Both the position numbers and the translations under genes were made by a program. A stretch of 63,438 nucleotides of DNA, the filler included, from Octopus bimaculoides (taxonomy: Eukaryota): assembly GCF_001194135.2 (NCBI RefSeq). It is 6 parts of 4 records of this genome, joined end to end, with 100 filler letters (N's around TTAATTAATTAA, not from the genome) between each part and the next. Parts side by side here need not be neighbours in the genome. Positions count along the whole stretch, not along the records: positions 8,458 to 36,899 come from NC_068986.1; 5 more parts are not named here. One strand, given 5' to 3'. How positions within the stretch are numbered: the first letter of the stretch is position 1; every line of letters begins with the position of its first letter. Shown in pieces: positions 12,833 through 26,689 of the stretch. The notes under the pieces were generated by a model. That model made no database searches and was not told the origin of the DNA. It saw only the letters and a program-made list of their open reading frames with translations.

Positions 12833-13235
12833 CTCTTTTATATATATATATATATATATATGAGAGGAGGAGAAGCATACTTGTATATATATATATTCAT
12901 GCATAATATACAAATTTATGTGTGAATATGCATATAGGTATATAAGATAGTACATGTGTATAAAATCACATCAGGCACACACACGCGCTCTCATATTCTT
13001 TGAAACACCGGTAAACACATATGTATGCACACATACGCATACAGAAATATAGATACACACACGAAGAGAATGAGGGAGAGAATGCTTAGAAAAAATTTCG
13101 AAAGAAATAAATAAAAGAAGAATGAAAAATAAACAGATATTATGATATAGATGCCACAAGAGCGGGAAGTTGGCGGGAAAGATTAATAAACTATTTTGGC
13201 GAGAAATGGTCGTAAACAACGTATGTATAAGTCTG

Positions 13236-13301
<66 letters not shown>

Positions 13302-13442
13302 CATCTATCTTTCTATCTATCTGTCTGTCTATCTGCCTGCCTGCCTGTCTGTCTATCTGTCTGTCTGTCTGTCTGTTTGTGTCTGTCTGTTGTCTGTCTA
13401 TCTATCTGTCTATCTCTCTTTACACACACACAAACACACATA

Positions 13443-13486
<44 letters not shown>

Positions 13487-14440
13487 TATGCATATATATG
13501 CATATATATACACATACATATATGGGCGTATTATATACATANNNNNNNNNNNNNNNNNNNNNNNNNNNNNNNNNNNNNNNNNNNNNNNNNNNNNNNNNNN
13601 NNNNNNNNNNNNNNNNNNNNNNNNNNNNNNNNNNNNNNNNNNNNNNNNNNNNNNNNNNNNNNNNNNNNNNNNNNNNNNNNNNNNNNNNNNNNNNNNNNNN
13701 NNNNNNNNNNNNNNNNNNNNNNNNNNNNNNNNNNNNNNNNNNNNNNNNNNNNNNNNNNNNNNNNNNNNNNNNNNNNNNNNNNNNNNNNNNNNNNNNNNNN
13801 NNNNNNNNNNNNNNNNNNNNNNNNNNNNNNNNNNNNNNNNNNNNNNNNNNNNNNNNNNNNNNNNNNNNNNNNNNNNNNNNNNNNNNNNNNNNNNNNNNNN
13901 NNNNNNNNNNNNNNNNNNNNNNNNNNNNNNNNNNNNNNNNNNNNNNNNNNNNNNNNNNNNNNNNNNNNNNNNNNNNNNNNNNNNNNNNNNNNNNNNNNNN
14001 NNNNNNNNNNNNNNNNNNNNNNNNNNNNNNNNNNNNNNNNNNNNNNNNNNNNNNNNNNNNNNNNNNNNNNNNNNNNNNNNNNNNNNNNNNNNNNNNNNNN
14101 NNNNNNNNNNNNNNNNNNNNNNNNNNNNNNNNNNNNNNNNNNNNNNNNNNNNNNNNNNNNNNNNNNNNNNNNNNNNNNNNNNNNNNNNNNNNNNNNNNNN
14201 NNNNNNNNNNNNNNNNNNNNNNNNNNNNNNNNNNNNNNNNNNNNNNNNNNNNNNNNNNNNNNNNNNNNNNNNNNNNNNNNNNNNNNNNNNNNNNNNNNNN
14301 NNNNNNNNNNNAACGAAATTGGAATTAAAAAACAAAACAAAAGATGACTACCAAAGAAACCATATTATAAATGAATAAATCTATCTTTAGAAAAAAAAAT
14401 GGAAAAAAAAAACTAATTTTTTTCTGTGTGTGTGTGTGTG

Positions 14441-14473
<33 letters not shown>

Positions 14474-14924
14474 TTGGTATATAAAATTTTAAAAACGATA
14501 CCTCCGGTTGTGGAAAGAAATACGAAAGGGGAAAGATGTAAAATAATACAAAAAATATATGGAAGGGATCTCGGATGCTTTGCCAAAATGAAAAATATAA
14601 GAAAAAATATACATACATATATGTAATACAGGCATGAATGCATGTATGTAATACATACATGCATACATACATGTAATACATAAATAGATGCATGCATACC
14701 TACATGTAATACATACATACATACATACATACATACATACATACATACATACATGTAATGCATACATACATGTAATGCATACATACATATATGTATGTAT
14801 GTATGTAATACATACATATATACATAGTGACACACAGACAGACAAACAAAAAGATAGACACGCAGACAAATAGATAGATAGATAGATAGATAGATAGATG
14901 GATCTATAGAAAGATGGATGGATG

Positions 14925-14979
<55 letters not shown>

Positions 14980-15540
14980 GGATCTATAGAAAGATGGATG
15001 GATGGATAGATAGATAGATAGATAGATANNNNNNNNNNNNNNNNNNNNNNNNNNNNNNNNNNNNNNNNNNNNNNNNNNNNNNNNNNNNNNNNNNNNNNNN
15101 NNNNNNNNNNNNNNNNNNNNNNNNNNNNNNNNNNNNNNNNNNNNNNNNNNNNNNNNNNNNNNNNNNNNNNNNNNNNNNNNNNNNNNNNNNNNNNNNNNNN
15201 NNNNNNNNNNNNNNNNNNNNNNNNNNNNNNNNNNNNNNNNNNNNNNNNNNNNNNNNNNNNNNNNNNNNNNNNNNNNNNNNNNNNNNNNNNNNNNNNNNNN
15301 NNNNNNNNNNNNNNNNNNNNNNNNNNNNNNNNNNNNNNNNNNNNNNNNNNNNNNNNNNNNNNNNNNNNNNNNNNNNNNNNNNNNNNNNNNNNNNNNNNNN
15401 NNNNNNNNNNNNNNNNNNNNNNNNNNNNNNNNNNNNNNNNNNNNNNNNNNNNNNNNNNNNNNNNNNNNNNNNNNNNNNNNNNNNNNNNNNNNNNNNNNNN
15501 NNNNNNNNNNNNNNNNNNNNNNNNNNNNNNNNNNNNNNNN

Positions 15541-15790
<250 letters not shown>

Positions 15791-16763
15791 TTGCTGACGA
15801 AGAGGATGTAACATCAAACAAACAAATACAAAAGAGTCGTTTAAATCCCGCTAGGCAACATTAAATGAAAGATTACTAATGGACCAGACAAGAAAATAGT
15901 TACACAAACACACACACTCACAAACATATACATACACACACACATACACACACCACACACGCATACACACAAACACATACACATGTATGTGTGTGTGTAT
16001 GCACGTATGTATATATACACATATAAATAATATATGTATATATATATATCATTTCTATATACATGTATAAATAATATGCTATTTTATTCTTTGACTGCGA
16101 CCATACTGGAGTAGCGCCTTGCAGGGTTTTATGTATACATATATATCAATATATATACATAAAACCAGTTCAACCCTAGGGTCAAAGTCATCGACTCTCA
16201 CTCCGCATCCAAATTTCAGGCCTTGTGCCATACGGACATACGGACATTTATTGTGCCATACGGATATACGGACATATATAACTATAACTAAAACATATAG
16301 ATAACCATCTGTCTATCCCTGTGGTTATATAAATGCACAAGCGCGTGCACACACACACACACATACATACACACACAAATATATATATATATATATATAT
16401 ATANNNNNNNNNNNNNNNNNNNNNNNNNNNNNNNNNNNNNNNNNNNNNNNNNNNNNNNNNNNNNNNNNNNNNNNNNNNNNNNNNNNNNNNNNNNNNNNNN
16501 NNNNNNNNNNNNNNNNNNNNNNNNNNNNNNNNNNNNNNNNNNNNNNNNNNNNNNNNNNNNNNNNNNNNNNNNNNNNNNNNNNNNNNNNNNNNNNNNNNNN
16601 NNNNNNNNNNNNNNNNNNNNNNNNNNNNNNNNNNNNNNNNNNNNNNNNNNNNNNNNNNNNNNNNNNNNNNNNNNNNNNNNNNNNNNNNNNNNNNNNNNNN
16701 NNNNNNNNNNNNNNNNNNNNNNNNNNNNNNNNNNNNNNNNNNNNNNNNNNNNNNNNNNNNNNN

Positions 16764-16801
<38 letters not shown>

Positions 16802-17572
16802 GTTTATTAAATGATATATATATATATATATACATTGATTCCAAATTTTGGCACAGGGCCAACAATTTCTGGGGGAGGGAGAGACAGGGCTTAAGCCGGT
16901 TATATTGCACTTTCACGCACATGTAAACATATACATGCAAACCTACGTACATACATACGCACGCATACAAGCACACACATATACATACATACATACATAA
17001 ATGAAGTCACATGACATTGATATCATTTGGACAATAGTGTACTTCCGTAATCCAATCAGTGACAGATCAATGTCTGACTCTCAGAAGATGACTTGAAGAA
17101 AATACTTCCATTATTCAATTTATTAGAGGTTGTTTCGGAAAGAATATAGTTTGTATAGAAGCTGTCGTTTGTAACAGAAACTAACCAGTGGCTTAGTTTT
17201 GTGATTGACATCAATTTATGGCTGTTTCATGTAAACTGCCATCCGGTATATTAGAAGTACATTATGTAAACTATAAAAGTGAACTAAACGGAGAATGACA
17301 CCAAAGCGTAAGCGAGTTTGCACGGAACGAACGAAGCATCCACGCATAGCATATCACATCATATCGTATCATATCACATCACATTGCTTCGCCACATGTT
17401 ATATAATTATGACATGAATACTTTTGGAATTATATAGATTTCTACATGAAGGCTGACCACGATGATGAAGACGACAATGACCATGTTGTTGCTGCTGCTG
17501 CTGCTGGTGATGATGATGGCGACGACGTAGGACTGAACCCGAAACCACGTATTTGTAAGCAGAGTTTATTAA

Positions 17573-17609
<37 letters not shown>

Positions 17610-17687
17610 TCTCCCTCACCCTTCTTTCTCTCTCTCTATGTTTCTCTCACTATACATGCATATACAGTGTGTGTTTGTGTGCGTGTG

Positions 17688-17738
<51 letters not shown>

Positions 17739-18594
17739 TTAATATACGTTATATTTATACTGGTACGACACCATTACAACTTGAATACCATTGCGACCAT
17801 ACTACCATTCCATATCCTTCTCACATAATACTGAGCTAGATTATTACCTCTAAAATAATCTTTTTATATATATACTAAAATACACCTTCTGTATAACCAA
17901 CACATCCCTAACCAAAGTTTTATTTTTACCCATCCTTTTACCCTACATTTATTTTGGTCTATCTAACTTCATTTTTTAATTCACTTTTTCATCTTTATAA
18001 ACACAGCAAGTACATACTACTTTTATCGTAATATTAACAATTACTTTTCCGTTTTTACTTATTTTTCCTCCTTTATTATTAATACATGTTATCTAATGTG
18101 ATATTTTATGCAAACATCAGTCCTTTATATACATCATCTTTACTCTTTAACTCATTCCTCTATTTTTCGCCATTTGTTTGCGTTAACTATCCAGTATTAT
18201 CTTCTCATATATTACTTCCTCACGCTAAACTTCATTCGTCTATATAGATTTTATTTTTAAATACATTATACTACGTACTGATTCCAACGGCTAGTATTTA
18301 ATTTTAATTTAAATTCAGTATTGTCTTCCCATTGAACATTTCTACTACTTATTTGTCCTACGCTACTTATATAGAGCTATAATTCTAATTTCCATACTCA
18401 TCTATAGAGGGAACACATCTCCAATACTTCTTTATTTATATCTTTAAACAACCGTTTAAGCCATTAGTTATGCTTAAATATCCGACATGACTCCTATCTC
18501 TTTCTCACACGGATACCAATATGATTCTACTAGATCCAATTTTTTTCTGCTATATTCCTTTTTAAGTTCCTTGTATTATGGTTTCTTTCCTTCC

Positions 18595-18692
18595 TGCACT
18601 GAAGAGTACGTTGATATTTAATTAAATTCAATCATGAATTTATATTATTATTATTATTATTATTATATCTCTGTGCGAAACGATCGTCTGCA
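18595..18692 (+). ncRNA. Type I hammerhead ribozyme motif with expanded stem II
   Basis: Stem I tgca (18595-98)/tgca (18689-92); core CTGAAGA (18599-605); stem II base gtac/gtgc enclosing an AT-rich (TTA)n insert; GAAA (18677-80); stem III C-GATC-G; predicted cleavage after GTC at 18688. Confidence 0.6.
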
Positions 18693-18899
18693 AGAGTTAA
18701 ACTTCTTATAAACTTTAACTTGTTTCCTCCATTTTTAACAAAATTAATGGAATATATGGAACTGCATTCCATAAATTCATCATACATTATATACAAGTAC
18801 TAATGTCATATCTTCGCAAATTTACAACTGTAAACTCCCAGCAAAGTATGAAGAATCAACATTAGAAATGTTTTTTGGAAATCTCCAATTGAAGGATGA

Positions 18900-18990
18900 A
18901 TCCACATTGCCAAGGTGCCATGTAATGGGACTGAACCCGGGACCATATGGTTGGGAAGCAAGCTTCTTACCACACAGCCACTCCTGCGCA
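18900..18990 (-). mobile_element. Family 1 SINE head fragment
   Basis: Reverse complement reads gcgcaggagtggctgtgtggtaagaagcttgcttcccaaccatatggtcccgggttcagtccc. Confidence 0.75.
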
Positions 18991-19007
18991 TATATTATAT
19001 ATATATG

Positions 19008-19067
<60 letters not shown>

Positions 19068-19394
19068 CACTTCACTTAGGCATTGTGATACAAATAACCT
19101 GCTAACCTATAGAACTCAATATACATAAGCTTCAGAACGGGTACAGAGTGGAAATTAGAAATTGAGACGACAAACGAATAAACAAGCAAAAGCTAATGAA
19201 GTTCATAAGCTGATTGTATATTTCTTTGTCACCACCATTTCTGGTGTGTGTGTGTGTGTGTGTGTGCGTGTCCCTCACGGCTTGACAACAGGGGTTCATC
19301 GTTTGTTTACGTTCCTCACAGCTTAAAGACTCAGCAGAAGAAAACGATAAAATAAGTACCAAGCTTAAAAATTAAGTAACGATGGCGATATATA

Positions 19395-20554
19395 CAGGGG
19401 TCGTACAAAATAATGGAAACGCCTAGAATCATAGCATCATAATTTTGAGATATCTATAAAACCGTCAAAAGCTTGTTTATTTTTATGGGTTTTTTTAAAT
19501 TTATTATTAGTGTTGCTTAATATGTTTTGCTAAAATTGCTGTTTCTTTTCAGATATCATAAGAAAAGGTAATTAAAATTCATTAAAATGGTAGATCTATC
19601 GAAGTTTCAAAGAGGTAAGATTGTTGGTGCTTGTATGGCTGGCGCTAGCATAATGAAAACAGCCGAAATGTTTGGTGTATCAAGAAGTACTGTCTCGAAA
19701 GTAATGACAGCCTTTGAGAAAGAGGGAAAAACCTCCTCGTCGAAACAAACCTCCGGAAGAAAACCAAAACTTTCAGATAGGGACCGTTGCACTATTACGC
19801 GAACTGTTAGAAAGGATCACAAAAGTACAACTCTCAAAATTACTGAAGAGCTTAATGACCACCTCGAGAACCCAGTTTCTACAAAAACTGTTGCATAAAG
19901 CCGGATTTCACAAAAGGGCTGCAATCAAAAAACTACTACTAGAAACGTTGCAAAGCGTTTAGAGTGGAGTAAAAACCTACAGAATTGGTTCCTAGAGCAG
20001 TGGACGAATGTTATTTTCTTGGAGGAGTTATTCTTTACCTTATTTGTGACCACCGGCTGAGTATACGTGTGAAGACAGCCCAATGGTTTCTTTTCATGGC
20101 AGAATTAATAGTCAAGATTATTTAAGCATTTTATCTGATCAAATTCATGCCATGGTTACAGAACTATTTCCAGAGGGAAACGCAATCATTCAGGATGATA
20201 ATGCACCAATTCACACAGCTAAAGTTGTTACTGAATGGCACGAGGAACATTCAACTGAAGTTGAACATCTTATCTGGCCACCACAGTCCCCAGATCTCAA
20301 TATTATTGAACATTTATGGTGCATTTTAGAAAAACAAGTAAGGAGTCGATATCCTTCACCTTCATCACTACAAGAACTGGAGACTGTTTTAGCTGAAGAA
20401 AGGACAAAAATTCCTTTGGAAACATTTCAAACTTTGTACGAGTCCATAGCTGGTAGAATTCAAGCTGTAATTACTACCAAAGGCGGTCCTACCCTGTATT
20501 GAAATGAATTTATTTGAAATTTTAAGGTGTTTCCATTATTTTGTCCAACCCCTA
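19395..20554 (+). mobile_element. Tc1/mariner DNA transposon, DD36E (Incomer-like), defective
   Basis: ~30-bp TIRs (19395-19424 caggggtcgtacaaaataatggaaacgcct; 20525-20554) with TA on both sides. HTH ORF 19587-19898. Catalytic half 20083-20502 has QDDNAPIH...WPPQSPDLNIIE, with 36 residues between D (20197-99) and E (20308-10). The first-D region is degraded to VIFLEE, and there are frameshifts plus an internal deletion near 20082. Confidence 0.93.
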
Positions 20555-20986
20555 TACGTTCGAATAAACTCTTCAAGGCGATGCTCCAGCATGGCTGCAG
20601 TTCAATGCCAGAAACAAATAAAAGATCAAAGATAGAAACGAAATAGCCATTTCGATACGCAGAAGTCAATAAATTAAGTACCATACAGAGACAAGTTTGG
20701 AGAGCAACAAAAACAATTAAAAACATTGAAGGTGATGGCCTCCGTCTGACCTCAGCCCAATGACTGAGAACAGTGGCAGAATAATGGAGTGTTCGACTGC
20801 TTTTATAAGTTGATCAATAGTTATATGAAAATATAAACACGAAGAAATTTTCACTGCAAGATAAGGGCCAATGAAGCGAACACACCCACACGCACAGGCG
20901 CCCACCTACACACAAGCATACTCGCATGCACGTGAGTTTGTGTATGCATTAATACTGATATATCGCCATGTATATTTACGCACACA

Positions 20987-21027
<41 letters not shown>

Positions 21028-21061
21028 TTATGATATATGTTCATTTATATGCACTTTACGA

Positions 21062-21935
21062 TACTCTTTACCAATAGTAATGTTTGGTCCTAAATTTTTG
21101 AAAAATCTAAAGAAATTTTCCCTATACTTTTGTAGCTGTACTTTGCTTCTTCTGTCTAGAGAAAATAAGGCGTCATCCCTATATAGACCCCCTGTTACTT
21201 CCGGAAGGAAAACTGGATTAATGAAAGGATACATATGCCGACTAGGTCACTGGCCCGAGCAGAATCATATGAGCTCATTGCTATATATAATGCTATATCC
21301 TATTTAATCTACTCCATAATCTACCATCAAAATTTACTATAGTGGCTCGCGCGGCAAGTATAATATCTATTTCGCGTCGGGACAAATCGGAATTTTTCAT
21401 GCTAAAAATCAGGGCTTGAACAAAAACGATCGGGTTAATAGTGGCATAACATCTCTCTATATCTAGTTGCAAGAATTTACTGTTCTTACTAATTTCTAGA
21501 AGCTTAAGCCATCCAACCACCTCTTGGGTATCGGACCAGAGAGCTAATCTAATTTTAGACTTTTACCCTATCAATGAATTTTTTTTTTTTTTTTACTAAT
21601 AATGTCTATATCTGATTTAGAAGAATAAATCAATGTTAGGGGTGGATAAGAAAGTTAGGTTTATGGTCCTTAAGCATAATCCGGGGTTTTCGAGGGACGT
21701 AGGGTTCAGTTCTATCATCTATGGTTATATCTCTGACGATTTGTTACACTGTATTGCTAATTCTTTTGCATACGTCGTTAGTAGCATGTCTATATTTGCT
21801 GCGTAATTCCTTCCTAATCATAGACTTATATAGCCTAATGTCAACAATGTAAATGTTACTTGTTTTGTCCGCTGGTACAAGCATCCCCAGAAGTTTCTTG
21901 AAGTCGACAAGTAATTTTCTGATTTCCTGTTGATG
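21062..21935 (-). mobile_element. Penelope-like element RT fragment
   Basis: VPADKTSNIY, RIMLKDHKPNF, SKSDI..ISK, FLQLDIERCYATI, MSSYD..SDLVGI and GGLYRDDALF are PLE-type RT motifs. The fragment is frameshifted. Confidence 0.8.
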
Positions 21936-21956
21936 TATATTACATGTATATATATG

Positions 21957-22000
<44 letters not shown>

Positions 22001-22825
22001 TGTATGTATGTATATATGTATATATATTTATATATTTATATGTGTGTATGTATGATGTATGTATGTATGTATCAGAGGCCTCTCCAGATCATCAGCATCA
22101 CAGATTTCGCATAAGACGCTTGCTTGACGAAATTCACGTTTTCCCGCTGTATTTCTAGCCCCAAAAGGCTTATTTTTTTTTATATCTAGCACAATGTCTT
22201 TCTCCATTTCTAAGCTAAAGATAAAAATAAAGCAACCCTACAAAACACAACTGATCTTTACACACAGACGCTCAGAATAACAACAATCAAATAATGAAAG
22301 CTGGGTGTACAACAAACATCAGAGATCTGACTGTCGCCTGTACTCTTGACAAGACATGCCAGTTAGTCTTCTACACCTACCAGGCTCGTTCGTATTAGCC
22401 CAAGTTGCTGGATAATTTTTCGTTCCTTTAAGAATATTGTAGAACGGAAACCTTTCATAGATTGGAATTTATATTTATTGCTTCAAGAAAACATTGAATT
22501 TGAATTACTTTAAATTTTTACGATTAGCGATAACAACTCGGGCTGTTAACTTCTGGGTTCGAGTCAGGCGCGTGAGTATGGTGTCGAGAGAAGGTCAGCT
22601 ACGAATGATATTTTTTGACACAGGGCACCTCTAAGTCGACCACCAGACGCTGAACGAAAATAAATGAACTGCGACTAGGCTCAATAAAAGGAGCGCGAGT
22701 TATTGGCTGCAATTGCATACTTGAAGTCAGTGTTGGCAGAAATTAAATCAGCTTGCAAATAGACGTTCACTTTACTAAATTTATACTCGGGCTAAGCCCG
22801 AACATCCTGGGAGCAGGAGTTGGCA

Positions 22826-22885
<60 letters not shown>

Positions 22886-23025
22886 TATATACATACATAC
22901 ATACAAACATACATACAAATGCATTTGTACATGTAATTACAGAAATGCATGTATATATGCATACATATACCAATGTATGTATGTGAATATATTGTGTCTC
23001 TGTGTGTGTATATATTTGATATCTA

Positions 23026-23056
<31 letters not shown>

Positions 23057-24235
23057 TTGTTTGTCTGTCTATCAGTCTGTCTGTCTATCTATCTNNNNNN
23101 NNNNNNNNNNNNNNNNNNNNNNNNNNNNNNNNNNNNNNNNNNNNNNNNNNNNNNNNNNNNNNNNNNNNNNNNNNNNNNNNNNNNNNNNNNNNNNNNNNNN
23201 NNNNNNNNNNNNNNNNNNNNNNNNNNNNNNNNNNNNNNNNNNNNNNNNNNNNNNNNNNNNNNNNNNNNNNNNNNNNNNNNNNNNNNNNNNNNNNNNNNNN
23301 NNNNNNNNNNNNNNNNNNNNNNNNNNNNNNNNNNNNNNNNNNNNNNNNNNNNNNNNNNNNNNNNNNNNNNNNNNNNNNNNNNNNNNNNNNNNNNNNNNNN
23401 NNNNNNNNNNNNNNNNNNNNNNNNNNNNNNNNNNNNNNNNNNNNNNNNNNNNNNNNNNNNNNNNNNNNNNNNNNNNNNNNNNNNNNNNNNNNNNNNNNNN
23501 NNNNNNNNNNNNNNNNNNNNNNNNNNNNNNNNNNNNNNNNNNNNNNNNNNNNNNNNNNNNNNNNNNNNNNNNNNNNNNNNNNNNNNNNNNNNNNNNNNNN
23601 NNNNNNNNNNNNNNNNNNNNNNNNNNNNNNNNNNNNNNNNNNNNNNNNNNNNNNNNNNNNNNNNNNNNNNNNNNNNNNNNNNNNNNNNNNNNNNNNNNNN
23701 NNNNNNNNNNNNNNNNNNNNNNNNNNNNNNNNNNNNNNNNNNNNNNNNNNNNNNNNNNNNNNNNNNNNNNNNNNNNNATATATATATATATACTTATATA
23801 TGAGTGTGTGCGTTTGTATGTGCGTATATACCACAAATATGAAAACCAAGAAAAAGAAAAAGAATTAATGCAAAGCTTAGGAGAATTGTGGCAAAGACCA
23901 TTCAGTGACTTAAGAGTACGTAGTCTTTAGTAGAAGACAGTATAACTGTCTCTGTTGTAACCTTAAAACTTTGACTTGTTGTGCAACGAACAAAGGCCAT
24001 CAACGCCGATTTTGAAATTTTCGTCAATCTCGGAAGTCGTGGAAATCTGTTACGCCTTTTGAGAAGTTCAGTTTCTGGTTTAAGCAGTTTTATTGTTAGA
24101 GAAACAGTAACCATAGAGATGTTGTCAATCGGTGACTGGGTCTATAACTGGATGAGAAATATGGGAATAATTATTAATTATGAGACGCACAGATACATAT
24201 ATGAATACATATACAAACAAATGTATACACACACA

Positions 24236-24291
<56 letters not shown>

Positions 24292-24957
24292 NNNNNNNNN
24301 NNNNNNNNNNNNNNNNNNNNNNNNNNNNNNNNNNNNNNNNNNNNNNNNNNNNNNNNNNNNNNNNNNNNNNNNNNNNNNNNNNNNNNNNNNNNNNNNNNNN
24401 NNNNNNNNNNNNNNNNNNNNNNNNNNNNNNNNNNNNNNNNNNNNNNNNNNNNNNNNNNNNNNNNNNNNNNNNNNNNNNNNNNNNNNNNNNNNNNNNNNNN
24501 NNNNNNNNNNNNNNNNNNNNNNNNNNNNNNNNNNNNNNNNNNNNNNNNNNNNNNNNNNNNNNNNNNNNNNNNNNNNNNNNNNNNNNNNNNNNNNNNNNNN
24601 NNNNNNNNNNNNNNNNNNNNNNNNNNNNNNNNNNNNNNNNNNNNNNNNNNNNNNNNNNNNNNNNNNNNNNNNNNNNNNNNNNNNNNNNNNNNNNNNNNNN
24701 NNNNNNNNNNNNNNNNNNNNNNNNNNNNNNNNNNNNNNNNNNNNNNNNNNNNNNNNNNNNNNNNNNNNNNNNNNNNNNNNNNNNNNNNNNNNNNNNNNNN
24801 NNNNNNNNNNNNNNNNNNNNNNNNNNNNNNNNNNNNNNNNNNNNNNNNNNNNNNNNNNNNNNNNNNNNNNNNNNNNNNNNNNNNNNNNNNNNNNNNNNNN
24901 NNNNNNNNNNNNNNNNNNNNNNNNNNNNNNNNNNNNNNNNNNNNNNNNNNNNNNNNN

Positions 24958-25014
<57 letters not shown>

Positions 25015-25814
25015 TATAAACAGAGAAAGAGAGAGAAAAGTGAGAGAGGGACAGGGTGGAAGGGAGAGAGGGCGAGTGACAGAGAGTGGGAGAGAGAGTG
25101 GAAGCGCATAAATAGGTTATAGATAAGTAGACAGTAGATGCTTGCATGTATGTATGATTGTATGTATGTATGCATGTATGTTATTTCAGCTTTTGGACTT
25201 CGAACATGCTACTGTACATATGTCAAGTATTTTAATTTAACCTACCAAGCTTAATAATTTATTGCAGACTGATACTTATTTACCATTTACCATTTGCCCA
25301 ACCGCTAATTCATGAAACATAAAGGGACAGAAAATAGACGACAACAGAAGTGTTAAGGCACAATTTGACGCATATACACGCAGATAAATGCATGCATACA
25401 TTCATACATAACTGCTTATGCATGCACACAAACACACATAAGCACGGCGCGCGTTCGCCAGGCATCAGCTTAGTTTCTGTCTAACAAAAATATTTATCAG
25501 GTTGAGATTCTTACAGAAAATACTCGCACAAGGTATCATCAGGTAGTGGCACGAAAGTTAACTTCGACGCACACAGCCATTATTGCGTCTTTATAGAGAT
25601 ATATCTTTATATCTTTGAGCATGTATCTCTGTGTGTATTTGTAATTATTTTTATAAAATACCTTACTAAAGTATACAAAACATACTGAATAAAGGACTCA
25701 AGACTGATTTCACAATCACAATATTTACTAGTAATAGTTACTGCTTTCTTCGAAATATCGTCTATACACTTGTTTCGAAACAGTATTTGAAATGATTATT
25801 TTTTCTGAATATAT

Positions 25815-25972
25815 AGTAGTTGGCGCAAGCATAGCTTTCTGATGAAAAAGCTTGCTTCTTAACCATGTGATCTTGGGGTTCAGTTCCACGGTGCGGTAAC
25901 TTGGGCAAGTTACGTCTTCTGTAGCTCTGGGCCGATGAAAACTAAAGTAAGCCAGTCGTATATACACGTATA

Positions 25973-26052
<80 letters not shown>

Positions 26053-26290
26053 TTATGTATATATATATATATATATGAGCGTATCTTTGTGCTTGTGTTG
26101 TGTTTGTTACCTCCGCTTGACGACCGATGTTGGTTTATTTACATCCCCGTAACTTAACAGTAAGGGACAAAAGAGACCGACAGCATAAGTACCAAACTTT
26201 AAAAATAAGTCCTTGGGGTGCGATATTTTTTCAACTAAACCCTTGAAGGTGATGCACCGGCAGTTCAAAGACTGAAATAAGTTAAAGATA
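25815..26290 (+). mobile_element. Family 1 SINE, near full length with internal (CT)(CA)(TA) microsatellite
   Basis: Head (aagcttgcttcttaaccatgtgatcttggggttcagttcc), central microsatellite and 3' half (atccccgtaacttaac...gactgaaataagttaaagata). Confidence 0.75.
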
Positions 26291-26634
26291 AGAATGTAAC
26301 AGTAATTTGGTATAGTAAAGATGTTTAGAGTTGAAGTAGTAAATACGAACGGTGTTGATGTTGGTATCGAAAGAAAGCGAAGTTATGGAGGAGGTAGGCG
26401 TAAGCGAAAAGGAAGGCGGTAGAATAGAGTAAATTTTTATTGCATGCGTGTTTACAACCTAATAATGAATATTTTGTTGTATTTACTGTTATGGACGAGG
26501 TCATTGACACAAATATTAATTATAACAATACCTCTTGTTTTTTAAATATAACACGTGTATAGATAACTATAAAGAAATATACAGATGCGAACGAACAAGG
26601 AATTTATATATGTATGTATGTGCGTGTATAAATG

Positions 26635-26689
<55 letters not shown>

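Noticed and set aside
15794-15822. Other CTGANGA matches (15794, 22090 minus, 25537 minus, 30527, 42547, 61064 minus, and TTGATGA near 60220 minus)
   Set aside because: Each lacks a correctly placed stem II-GAAA-NUH arrangement, so none is a hammerhead.
23840-24170. ORFs 23902-24114 (-) and 23981 onward (+) as a possible PLE N-terminus or exon
   Set aside because: Only vague similarity; no diagnostic motif.
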